A DNA stretch of 32,000 nt from Candidatus Lokiarchaeum ossiferum (GTDB lineage Archaea > Asgardarchaeota > Lokiarchaeia > Sigyniarchaeales > Promethearchaeaceae), in the NCBI GenBank assembly GCA_025839675.1, contig CP104013.1, positions 3,660,001 through 3,692,000 on the forward strand. The letters run 5' to 3'. Below, in pieces: positions 18,701 to 23,615 of this stretch. A program made the position numbers and the translations under genes. Positions within the stretch are counted from its first letter, which is position 1. Each line of letters opens with the position of its first letter. The notes beneath the pieces are model-generated. The model made no database searches and was not told where the DNA came from. It was given only the letters and a program-made list of their open reading frames with translations.

Positions 18701-21504
18701 GGACTTTTGCGTTCAATATTTCCCTATTCTTGCATATTTGGTATCTGTTAGAGATCAATTCTTATCTCATTCTATTAGATTTCACTGGTCTTGTTTTCAA
18801 TCTTGCAGTGAATTTCCTCATTATCACATTATTAATGGAGTTCAATGTTATCAAACCGTATAAGCAAGTACTTGCAAGTATATTTACAACACTCTTATTC
18901 TCGCTTCTCCTCGAAGAAGTGGTAAGAATAAGTAATCCTGATATTAACTGGGCTCTATTGGTTGCAATTACCACACTTAGCTTTACCATACTCAACACAC
19001 TTAAAATTAAAACTTCTAAGATGGTTTATAGTTATTGGGCAAGTCTGATATTGTGCATTACTGTGTTCATTATGAATTCGGTGATTCTCAATAATCCTGA
19101 AATGATGCCTTTGACTGTGCTTTATTTCTCAGTAATCATCTTTTCATCCTTCGCCTTGATTGTGTCTCTTTCGCTCGCTCACCGCTTCTGGATCAAAATC
19201 GCACCTTGGATTGGTGAAAAATATAATTCCGTCAATAATAAATCCAGTAACCAAAAAGAATTTCCCTTTAAATTAGAAACCTCAATAGAAGCTCCAAAAG
19301 AAATTCTCTCCAATTCTTCTCCAGAAAATGAATGGGTAGAAAGTCATCCCAATTTTCCCCTTCTCTTATTGGGTAATCGATCTCACTTACCTGTCAAAAA
19401 AATTTTCTCCATTTTGGTTTTTGCAGAAATTCTGTTAACCATTCCATACCTTTCTCACCTCCTTAATGGAGCCTATATCCATAGCATCAAAAATATTGCA
19501 TTAGAAAGTATATATTCTGACTTTTCGTTCCTGTCTCTCTTTGCAGTGTTTATTACTTTCAGTTTTACCTATCTTTTTGGAAAGCTCGGAAAATATATTC
19601 AAAAATATCAATTATGGGCTGAAAATCCTAAACTCTATAGTAATATTCAACGATTTTTTACGCTTAGTGGGATCATTTATTATATTATTCTTCCGTTAAT
19701 GTTAATGGGCTATTTGAATCAATTATTTGGATTAATCCCAAACTTGACGCTTTTCATTCGTACCGCATTAGATATTCTAATAGTTGTGTTAGGACTTTAT
19801 ATCGGAATTTATCTCCTTGATATCAAGAAAAATCACTTCATCCCTCAAAAAATTGCTTTCAAATGTACTATTATTCTGTCTATACTCATGGCGTTAGATA
19901 TAAGTACTTTGTACATAAGTATTTTGTGGGGCAAAATTCCACCATACTTTGTTATTGCCTCTGCTCTCATTATATTTTCACTCTCTCTAAATATATTGCA
20001 TATAATCAAGGAATTTTCAGAGGATTTGAAGGGAAAGATCAGAGTGGGTGTCATCGGCAGCCTTTATATTGAGATACTTCTTCTCTTAGGAGGTCTATTC
20101 GCGAATTTTGAAGATGTTGCTAAAATATTCAGAAGCGTTCTGATAATAGTTCTTGTTATCTACCTCGCCATCGAGCTGGAACATCATGTAAAATGGATCA
20201 AACCAATTACTTCATTTATCACAACTATTCGACCTTACAGTTACATCATAGCTACTGGTTCAATTGCCATTTTAATTGGATTTTGGGGATTTACCGTGTT
20301 TAATCTCTCTTTAGTTATCTTTTCACTCATGTTATTCACTGCATCATTAATATTGTGGAGCTATCTTGAGTTTAGAAAGGATAATCCTGAAAAATTCCTA
20401 AAAAACCGAAAAGTTCTTGGAATTGCTCTATATGCAGAAATTTTACTTCTTATCAATGCTCTCACTTTAAACTTGTATATAGATAAAGTTATTCGCTTTG
20501 ATATTGTTAAATCAGATTTACTTGCTGTATTTTGTGCCATTACTCAATTTTTCATTGTAAGTTATCTTATTTTACTTGTTGATCACCGGGTTCTCAAATT
20601 AATCAAAGAATCGGTTTTGAAAATATTAGAATTAGGTTGTTTCTTTGTTTCAATCATTTTGGGTGCCTTTGATATTCTTTTTTATATTATATCAAAAACT
20701 AGCTCTCGACCCAGCACACCCTCTTCTGGTTTTGCAATCCCAAATACTTCCATTTTAATTCCAATCTTAATTGTGAGCGCCATTATTGGATTTGTATTGC
20801 ATTTACGATTCAAAAATAAGATCGTCAATCAAGTCTCCTATTTTGTTGGATTTTTCGAATTAGCACTAATAATTTTCAAGTTTGGGGAACAAAATAATAA
20901 TAGCAATAATATTTTGCTTGCAATTTGTATTTTTGTTGCTCTTCTCTTATATCCATTTATTTTCTTTATGGATAAAATGCGAGTTCTCATAAAAAAACTT
21001 ATAATGGATCTCAAAAACCTAGTGATTCGCATTAAAAACTGGTTCATCCAAGCTTGGCACACTTTGGTCCATTTATATCACAAGTATCGAACGATTGTGT
21101 TTGTAGTCATTGCAAGTATCATCGGTGCTATTCCGCCCATCATTCTTGCTGAATCTAACCTCATTATTGGATTATTTATTGGTGGCTTAATCTTCCTAAT
21201 TGTTGTTTATCCAGTATCACCCGAAAAATTAGATGATATTTCAGCAAAAACGTTTACGAAAAAGATAATTTACCGTTCCATGATATTACTCTCAGCTTTC
21301 GGAATAATAATTAGCTTATTTGAAGATCCAGAATCATGGATATTTTCATTGTTAGTTTGGGCTCTATTTGGGTATATTCTTGTAATTGTAAAGCGTCGCG
21401 AAGAACTATATAAATTGCCTATTTATTGGCGCTTTTTCAGCGCATTAGCTACAATATTGCTATCAATTCTGACTGTAGTTTTAGTAATTATTTCCTTTAT
21501 TTAA
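6778..21504 (+). CDS. giant polytopic integral membrane protein (4,908 aa), function unknown
   Basis: An uninterrupted 14,727-nt ORF in AT-rich DNA. The product is almost continuous TM-length hydrophobic segments with K/R-rich short loops and internal amino-acid repeats. A T9 tract lies 16 nt after the TAA. Confidence 0.8.
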   Translation: MRKMQSQEKPNNEQPQQFVKWTNIITELAFLLLFLLALPGVAGLVCSGISFLFISGNELFFAGEINLGMFILGFLVSLPIFFYLYLKTRRKKIYSFITPMVFRKKLSLSLIILYFPAIFASTVFSILGTTLGYDLYLTTFQIAIFTIFPLISIFFQKFFLLRVRVTDSLKENLTVPINSKFITELKNGQIFLLFLKSAVINIAVNLLLLILGGLYSTVLSINLTFSILSLIAVQVIAVKFNEAKALGLGILVKLLSTLLILASFISLSVLVYSETIPIALYVTLVLLLTIKLALLNFKFSIQKFLNQISYTKNLTWLVVLNTCSSIIINLGIIITSYVLIDNPFIQLVIQIGLIIENLFESKMGLIHQKISPLFLVAQLLLANIHLSFFIVMDLSEIFWAGLLTFTALGIGILELLKYQNFLSQKQTYILRNCIYIAILLELALLFSTLAVANDLNINNVPFLTYLFFISVSTLISSFLLNKIYFADKPSNIFTGFLYCNLAIILFCFFVMIQNIILPFSTDFVSGGKRFSRIFLFFSPSGVLSNIEEVLLSIFDGIGSLSNDQSILFKSSEGMVSLFNVSLSSLLSVGLNLVIFKFLNGWKLISNELYKKLQIILQILSIVAISNLIVLITLDLTGFVFSLIVTNVLVKLSIYYLYKSHTIIKYPSVYHDLQNNFSCVILGQVILWFGFLLGESFNVPFLYIMVACIILFLLAQNNIHLIIKKYESIKSPYHILKVSNAILFGMLALLVILIPVIELNYIFEDTGIFVLFFSGIISYVSLRFLYKTGQNLHQGLVIPNKLWKRIQYILFNFRLLSLFASLISFILVSGIFDFLYGLFRNAENVIPEIKFAIFFISLSLFIFSLRLKPLLNRSNEIEDNLLSKITILQVIMVQQMSVLGILFIFLPVSSFKLTITAFLIILLLYSFMFSINQYLKHFNRFCKFLESINFVIYNFNGLLFSFFLFSIITIDLSQNWILGLLVGILAHFVINNVIQWVKSNYSEKILHIINLIERSLVLILAFPALYLFFSSLSFPNESNIVLLSYLFESKFVVIAFLSQFLFIITTVLSISRGLHKLGRIKSTMHENILIASIESYLLSIASIFASGIHLIFRAAFNHRYAEYINLILCFVVSTAILTVMIFSNFYKKRIYGVHNSKWRGFWTLQHLISWTLFWIALSFGFVFLSEYSLTVIVVSISVNLLAFNFTLSSFSKLYPELALKFQSLIYGIQITIFILIAASGAVLFYDLFQFILPLVVLIGCSLFLVEIHVVPLFSKGLFKNRKHLMNSIIGVTNVGLAVVTILQYLARSDIYLFAINPSATISGILGIFALGLIFANYQVFLGNRISPETKTTNNFILVNGFIYASYSLVVSIFIQVTQVEHFYLFKIANYLFIFFLPLILLYGVLRVMVYFKAYESSPKFFKILQYQEFALWTVSSNLLLVLILVFLEFNPVIRGYNVVLICYSLIYSLDILRTINPHISKHTEFWKNILKQASIVIMAYSSYINFNRVLEYSPEISLILTLSSQLFFIFLLKPYRKLLAKILIQLTAMVTFIISVCAAFELYGLAIHFGQFKASYTCLLLLIPLVGSFITILILSKLTSIKRIASQIHALLYSLVIVDLAGLVYFAAVTYFFPIDSIFFASLVIPVLLIVDRYTFRLLMTDKLFILCLTITYSIVSSLFSIILVKNVVDRLKYQIPIAFILEILFVTGLLIYIVWHYDKNEEYEFVTESDTQPNNDDENGDEFEIPFIQARSENPSQKLSHSIFTHLFQIKVALMIVLFINTSLIVIFNSLDSEIAHTPFNVASLGILALYALSMIPKQQVQLLKFYIIAGLTVFLSIQSYWFGTGILSSILIISNLIAINWVVSSRKSTSFNGKLLLNLLVLGLYFFNFKSFNIDFFTLNGNNMLELSILASIICYELGTTKHYKNLMFKSLKNGAIAYFISILTQYFLEPSFKNEVLVPILVPIAIFLTIFATLEWFLVEISYPGYKSIPKSICGYVSLIGIFFVYSQFYKTFSTVFGYITAPVLLFVIIGAILLKNVDRLRHRKNLLNQVVLVATFGFFLFSGLNYIFTSFENPLILSILLSTAIGGYLYTFMYNWLEIKTSKNLIITTLTSGAVSAGAFFYFFLTDLKIYFKPTHSFAVAIDFCVLMFFIALGIYYKSFQKVWSIGAYVWIIVPIANFIIISYSLQDIDYIIEAIHIGSNSVNGSIILAVVVCSLLYLPVLLTKLKKHFNKIIYIFWLEMFMCAYWAATNIFPSETLLQWVFAGAIGLILILPILYIYKKWNWMSLAWPSLCATNIVFISNYLSYLPPHYLIPIDVLIGGIFLLSLGYFPNIKKIKSNWQNIIIISGYMTILGGLFALINPAMIFLLEDKIISAAVTTLIMSFVLLSGKQFRIRDDIVKHFHAYILILDIAVIIWRTFYLVGVSLLSPEAIVITHFSVFGLLLGLSFAFGTALSFQARNYLKKSYHFVLWFFMALFFGLSVFQLLLAIFEVGPWASTGVLILATSLICFNFFKKKIALFNMVMLSGTSLVLMNWLSQIDIFQNYIGLIFIDLVVLLEFIYLYLTQDSKYQLVNQTTLNKQLVASVWLILSIALSITTSLILTSIQAGGVPSKILLGIIVFNFLNIPTYNYIQKNNLFAMFTRMNEILKGIKIFLFQSIVLSGTLLISLNIPFLIQPNTSHALFQTFLHHTGLFLLLQFIYYEFVEKYWVHLIPEKIRLQVSSGIFLIFSLSFYGNLLYIPDSWQLSTIILGILSFYTIELNVKAKNIQNSKVFRVVVLSAMNICLFFMLWDPLMIGYWLSRGRFESLSLSLFIIALIYFVGMKIHFISSKFVIPAYVVTNSLFGIFVEEILRNVSKASIFTILGTFFIILCLSNFFLIKNPKSVHLYWLVASFAITCLIHGGIQNYLMSDFGKSLFFFCTLGTILTVIYYILASQSHTPASLSNLDIGDQQVSKSEKSLTASNLLRIPMKNRSQLWFINTYLISSFLISIGINQGWYSLLTKQLIELSPLSSFSSFILYSCSAMIGFLLGLILIAQYIENEDQKSQKHLQALSTKSNQIAIRYGVTFVTALTIFIDLWFILDIWTSILDRNFDLLTLNLVIALVLVYLCMRLKFIPKKGTALVTLIISILISLYIEELVRINLSIGPIFNSSIFKFLFNSSVFIVLFILFNWQKTYNSILAYTFWSLMSYSLTTFINTLIRLVLPSSFSPFNEIVVFSFIFSILTTIIFGRLAIPRNDKLDVSSPSNSLPDGDLNTSTENDRQKIPTRTYLKYGHPDQRISQHIFVYWVVLIANLVISFTLAYAWNQLTLTKMFYYEALSGFMNFIISFTLAFAIFAGIFRLVIKYTRKNSISFSNRFETINNPVLDVILGYLGTLCFNITLFIHLWYQFDTALSLEQLNFMSLLLNVTINTMIVSLLMKFAVIKPFKPDFFSFINSIVFSLLIEELIRMVFADTLFNISVFLFLFTVINWRKTYNSVLAYIFWSVLSFSFSSFLYTFIRLALPESFSPFNEVVVYSFIICIFTSVIYGRMANHPVDNPDVPYMIGPTMEEKTPQFSENNNQKVPSIIFLKYGHPDQQISKRRFVYWTLFANFIVSSILAYAWNRLILTNLSFYEDLPLFMEVLTCLTLAFAIYAGITRLILKYNRKESVIFANIFENMNKPLVDIVYGYVGTFAMNVTLFIHLWYLFNTAFSLENSNYTSLLFNLSINTLIVSLLMKNAIIKPFKPAAFSFINSIVFSLFIEELIRTNLETELLLNISIFVILFTVINWRKTYNTILAYGFWTAISFSLSTFLYELLNLTFPASYTRFNKVLVFAFIFCLITTFLFGSLANRFVDRLNFKVLSVSDSEDENKLALTTTSNPNKEILLLKYGHSNQLIAQRIFVYWLLLASVINTFILTYGWNQGILSQLSLFSDVGGFMNFVMNFSLASAILMGFLRLIIQYNQKMEITLNRNWNKLNSPITDELLGYLGTFAFNISLFLHIWYLLEINSYLILLDFTGLVFNLAVNFLIITLLMEFNVIKPYKQVLASIFTTLLFSLLLEEVVRISNPDINWALLVAITTLSFTILNTLKIKTSKMVYSYWASLILCITVFIMNSVILNNPEMMPLTVLYFSVIIFSSFALIVSLSLAHRFWIKIAPWIGEKYNSVNNKSSNQKEFPFKLETSIEAPKEILSNSSPENEWVESHPNFPLLLLGNRSHLPVKKIFSILVFAEILLTIPYLSHLLNGAYIHSIKNIALESIYSDFSFLSLFAVFITFSFTYLFGKLGKYIQKYQLWAENPKLYSNIQRFFTLSGIIYYIILPLMLMGYLNQLFGLIPNLTLFIRTALDILIVVLGLYIGIYLLDIKKNHFIPQKIAFKCTIILSILMALDISTLYISILWGKIPPYFVIASALIIFSLSLNILHIIKEFSEDLKGKIRVGVIGSLYIEILLLLGGLFANFEDVAKIFRSVLIIVLVIYLAIELEHHVKWIKPITSFITTIRPYSYIIATGSIAILIGFWGFTVFNLSLVIFSLMLFTASLILWSYLEFRKDNPEKFLKNRKVLGIALYAEILLLINALTLNLYIDKVIRFDIVKSDLLAVFCAITQFFIVSYLILLVDHRVLKLIKESVLKILELGCFFVSIILGAFDILFYIISKTSSRPSTPSSGFAIPNTSILIPILIVSAIIGFVLHLRFKNKIVNQVSYFVGFFELALIIFKFGEQNNNSNNILLAICIFVALLLYPFIFFMDKMRVLIKKLIMDLKNLVIRIKNWFIQAWHTLVHLYHKYRTIVFVVIASIIGAIPPIILAESNLIIGLFIGGLIFLIVVYPVSPEKLDDISAKTFTKKIIYRSMILLSAFGIIISLFEDPESWIFSLLVWALFGYILVIVKRREELYKLPIYWRFFSALATILLSILTVVLVIISFI
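15270..19700 (+). repeat. intragenic tandem array of ~299-codon (about 8-TM) repeat units inside the giant ORF
   Basis: NW(Q/R)KTYN codons start at 16300, 17197 and 18094. LKYGH codons start at 16600, 17497 and 18394. Both sets are exactly 897 nt apart. Degenerate flanking copies occur at ~15427 (IKNPKSVHLYW) and ~18994 (NTLKIKTSKMVYSYW). Confidence 0.85.
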
Positions 21505-21519
21505 TCTTTAAAACAAAGG

Positions 21520-21528
21520 TTTTTTTTT
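21520..21528 (+). terminator. T9 tract downstream of the giant ORF
   Basis: ggtttttttttc lies 16 nt after the stop codon. This is an archaeal-style oligo-T terminator candidate. Confidence 0.4.
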
Positions 21529-21976
21529 CTTTCTCGCTGTCTTTTACCCATTTTAGATCTGTAAATAAAACATTACTAGATTTCGCTGGATTAAATCAAA
21601 GATGCAGAAAAAGTGGGAAATATGCTCGTTTTTTTTCAAACTCACTTGTTTTTTTTATAATAAAAAAATTATAAAAAAAAATTGAAATTCCTAAAAAAAA
21701 TGAGCACATATAACTTAGCACGCAGCCTATCTTTAAATCTAAGTGAATTCTATATCAAATAAGAGGCTAAAACAAATGAACTTCCAAAAACTCAAGTGAC
21801 ATGGAAACAAGAATTTTTAATATTTTAGTATAGTTTTAGTTGTTCTAAAATGATAAACTATTAAACAACTATTCCGTTTTTCAAAATTATATTACTAAAC
21901 AAACTCAAAATCCAAAAATTCTCTACTCAATGAAGAGCGGAACTTCTTGATTAATTTATCGATATCCTAAAGTTGT

Positions 21977-21989
21977 AAAAAAAAAAAAA
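21977..21989 (-). terminator. T13 tract (minus strand) downstream of the peroxiredoxin gene
   Basis: The A13 run on the + strand is T13 on the - strand, 47-59 nt after the TAG of the 22036 gene. It is preceded (in minus-strand sense) by the AT palindrome gtaatataatattac. Confidence 0.4.
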
Positions 21990-22035
21990 TTAGATGCAAT
22001 CAATAGTGTAATATTATATTACTATATTTGCAAAT

Positions 22036-22701
22036 CTATTCTTCTAGTTTCTTATGGCACAACCACCAATCATAGCATTCATGATCTTTTGATTTCAGGC
22101 GCTCTTTTGCCGTTTTAACATCCTTTGCAGGAGGTACGATTACATGATCTCCAACCAACTCACTATTTGGCCAATTGGCGGGGATAGCTACTTTATTTTT
22201 GTCTGCTATTTGAAGAATTTTAACAATTCGAACAATCTCATCCATATTTCTTCCAATCTCTTGAGTATAATAGAGGATTAATCGTATAAATCCTTCAGTA
22301 TCGACAACAAATACTGCTCTGACTGTATTGGATCCTTTGCCAGGATGGATCATTCCTAAGGTTTTACCAATCAATCCATGGTCCGCGATAATCGGAAATT
22401 GGATTTCCTGATGTAGATTTTCTTCAATTCACTCGGTCCATTTGATATGACTAAAAACTTGATCAATCGAAAGTCCCAAGAGTTCACAGTTGTAACTTTT
22501 AAATTCTTCGTAATGCTTTGCGAAACTATAAAATTCGGTGGTGCACACAGGTGTAAAATCGGCAGGATGAGAAAATAACACAAAATATTTTCCTTTATAA
22601 TCTCCCGGAAGATTTTTCATCCCGTGCGTGGTTTGTACTTTCATATCGGGGAATTTGTCCCCAATTAATGGAAAACTTTGATTTTCAGACATTTTTTTCA
22701 C
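22036..22701 (-). pseudogene. peroxiredoxin (archaeal Prx6-like AhpC/TSA family) interrupted by one in-frame TGA (22429-22431)
   Basis: ORFs 22429..22701 and 22036..22374 are in the same frame (327 nt apart). Translation across the gap reads ...[36 protein letters not shown].... The peroxidatic FTPVCTTE and the C-terminal CYDWWLC are both present. Confidence 0.8.
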
Positions 22702-23333
22702 TTTTTAGTTTTTCAATTTAATTTTCAATGATAATTTCAAAACTACCATTGAGTATTCAAATATCTATTCACAATGAATGTTAATTCAATCCTTAAGACT
22801 TAAAATTAGATTTTAAAAAATTCTTTAATTTTATTATCACACTTTCGTTTGCATCCTAAATCAAAGTTTTACATGAAGTTCCCGGTGAGAATTCCTCTAT
22901 TTGGAGATTTAATCATGGAATTTAGGTTCTTTATTACGCAATTTAGTTTTCTAGGTAGTAGATTAAATATAATACTTCAATCCTTGTTTTTTGAAAGGCT
23001 TGGGTTTTTACTTTCGGTTGACTCCTAGGTTTCGCAAACAATGGGCAAAAGTGATCTAACATATAAACATCGATTGAGACGAACTTTTTTCACTCAGTAG
23101 AGATCTCACTACATAATAAAGAATTGTCAATAGATATGAAGAAATCTCTATTCTGTGGGCTTGTTGTTGATTTATATATTAAATTCGGGTTAAATCATTT
23201 TATGAGAAGTAAAAGGTAGGTTTGAAAAATCAGAAGTATAGTTGGTTGTGAATTTGATTCCAGATTGATTGGGTTGTTTTTTTCATTATACTCTGTCATC
23301 TCCTGATAATTTTCTTGTTGGTTTTAATAAATT

Positions 23334-23402
23334 TTAGTAGTATTGGGTTTGGGTTGAGACTAAGCTCCAGATATTTTCCGTTTTTTGAGTGTGAGTTTTC
23401 AT
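23334..23402 (-). CDS. candidate 22-codon mini-ORF in repeat unit 1 (MKTHTQKTENIWSLVSTQTQYY); coding status unproven
   Basis: ATG...TAA on the minus strand, with GGAG 10 nt upstream of the ATG. Confidence 0.2.
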   Translation of the reverse strand: MKTHTQKTENIWSLVSTQTQYY

Positions 23403-23440
23403 TTTTTAGGTTCTCCAGGGGGTTAGTGTGTGAAAAAAGT

Positions 23441-23509
23441 TTAGTAGTATTGGGTTCGGGTTGAGACTAAGCTCCAGACATTTTCTGTTTTTTGAGTATG
23501 AGTTTTCAT
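23441..23509 (-). CDS. candidate 22-codon mini-ORF in repeat unit 2 (MKTHTQKTENVWSLVSTRTQYY); coding status unproven
   Basis: Same frame and structure as unit 1, with GGAG 10 nt upstream of the ATG. Confidence 0.2.
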   Translation of the reverse strand: MKTHTQKTENVWSLVSTRTQYY

Positions 23510-23546
23510 TTTTTAGGTTCTCCAGGGGTTTGTGTGTGAAAAAAGT

Positions 23547-23615
23547 TTAGTAGTATTGGGTTCGGGTTGAGACTAAGCTCCAGACATTTTCCGTTTTTTG
23601 AGTGTGAGATTTCAT
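23547..23615 (-). CDS. candidate 22-codon mini-ORF in repeat unit 3 (MKSHTQKTENVWSLVSTRTQYY); coding status unproven
   Basis: Same ORF as units 1 and 2. The upstream sequence differs (cggtgcaaaaaaaaATG) and is preceded by AT-rich TATA-like sequence. Confidence 0.2.
   Translation of the reverse strand: MKSHTQKTENVWSLVSTRTQYY

Noticed and set aside
6822-21062. About 25 ORFs of 60-102 aa from the six-frame track lie inside the giant gene. Most are antisense (e.g. 8313..8594, 9774..10082, 16941..17198, 18513..18758). A few are out-of-frame on the sense strand (11915..12100, 12695..12889, 17225..17422, 19863..20072).
   Set aside because: They lie entirely within a much longer ORF that is clearly under selection. 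Their products are low-complexity K/N/I/R-rich translations, as expected from the complement of a T-rich membrane-protein gene. None has a recognisable motif or translation signal.
6778-21504. The giant ORF as a chance open frame or low-complexity artefact.
   Set aside because: AT-rich sequence is stop-codon rich, so 4,908 stop-free codons cannot arise by chance. The sequence also has phase-exact 897-nt repeats conserved at the amino-acid level and a coherent TM/loop grammar. Assembly error in the repeat region remains possible and is flagged in the findings.
21426-21674. 82-aa plus-strand ORF overlapping the end of the giant gene and running into the intergenic region.
   Set aside because: It is out of frame with the giant ORF, crosses the T9 terminator candidate, has a low-complexity product, and lacks any start context.
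21927-21950. Small hairpin (tcaatgaag-agcggaa-cttcttga) in the Prx 3' region as a possible SECIS element supporting Sec at the TGA.
   Set aside because: It is a short, AT-rich stem without the conserved archaeal or eukaryote-like SECIS features I know. The TGA aligns with Trp, not the catalytic Cys, which is still encoded as TGC/TGT. It should still be tested with covariance models.
22429-22431. TGA reassigned to Trp (genetic code 4-like) as the explanation for the Prx stop.
   Set aside because: All Trp codons in the 4,908-codon ORF and in the his genes are TGG, and no in-frame TGA is seen elsewhere. An AT-rich code-4 organism would use TGA heavily. The GNAT (6619-6621) and HxlR (27331-27333) ORFs end at TGA.
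22371-22583. 70-aa minus-strand ORF bridging the two peroxiredoxin fragments.
   Set aside because: It is out of frame relative to the Prx reading frame and has no similarity to Prx. The two Prx halves are in the same frame, separated only by one TGA, so no frameshift needs to be invoked.
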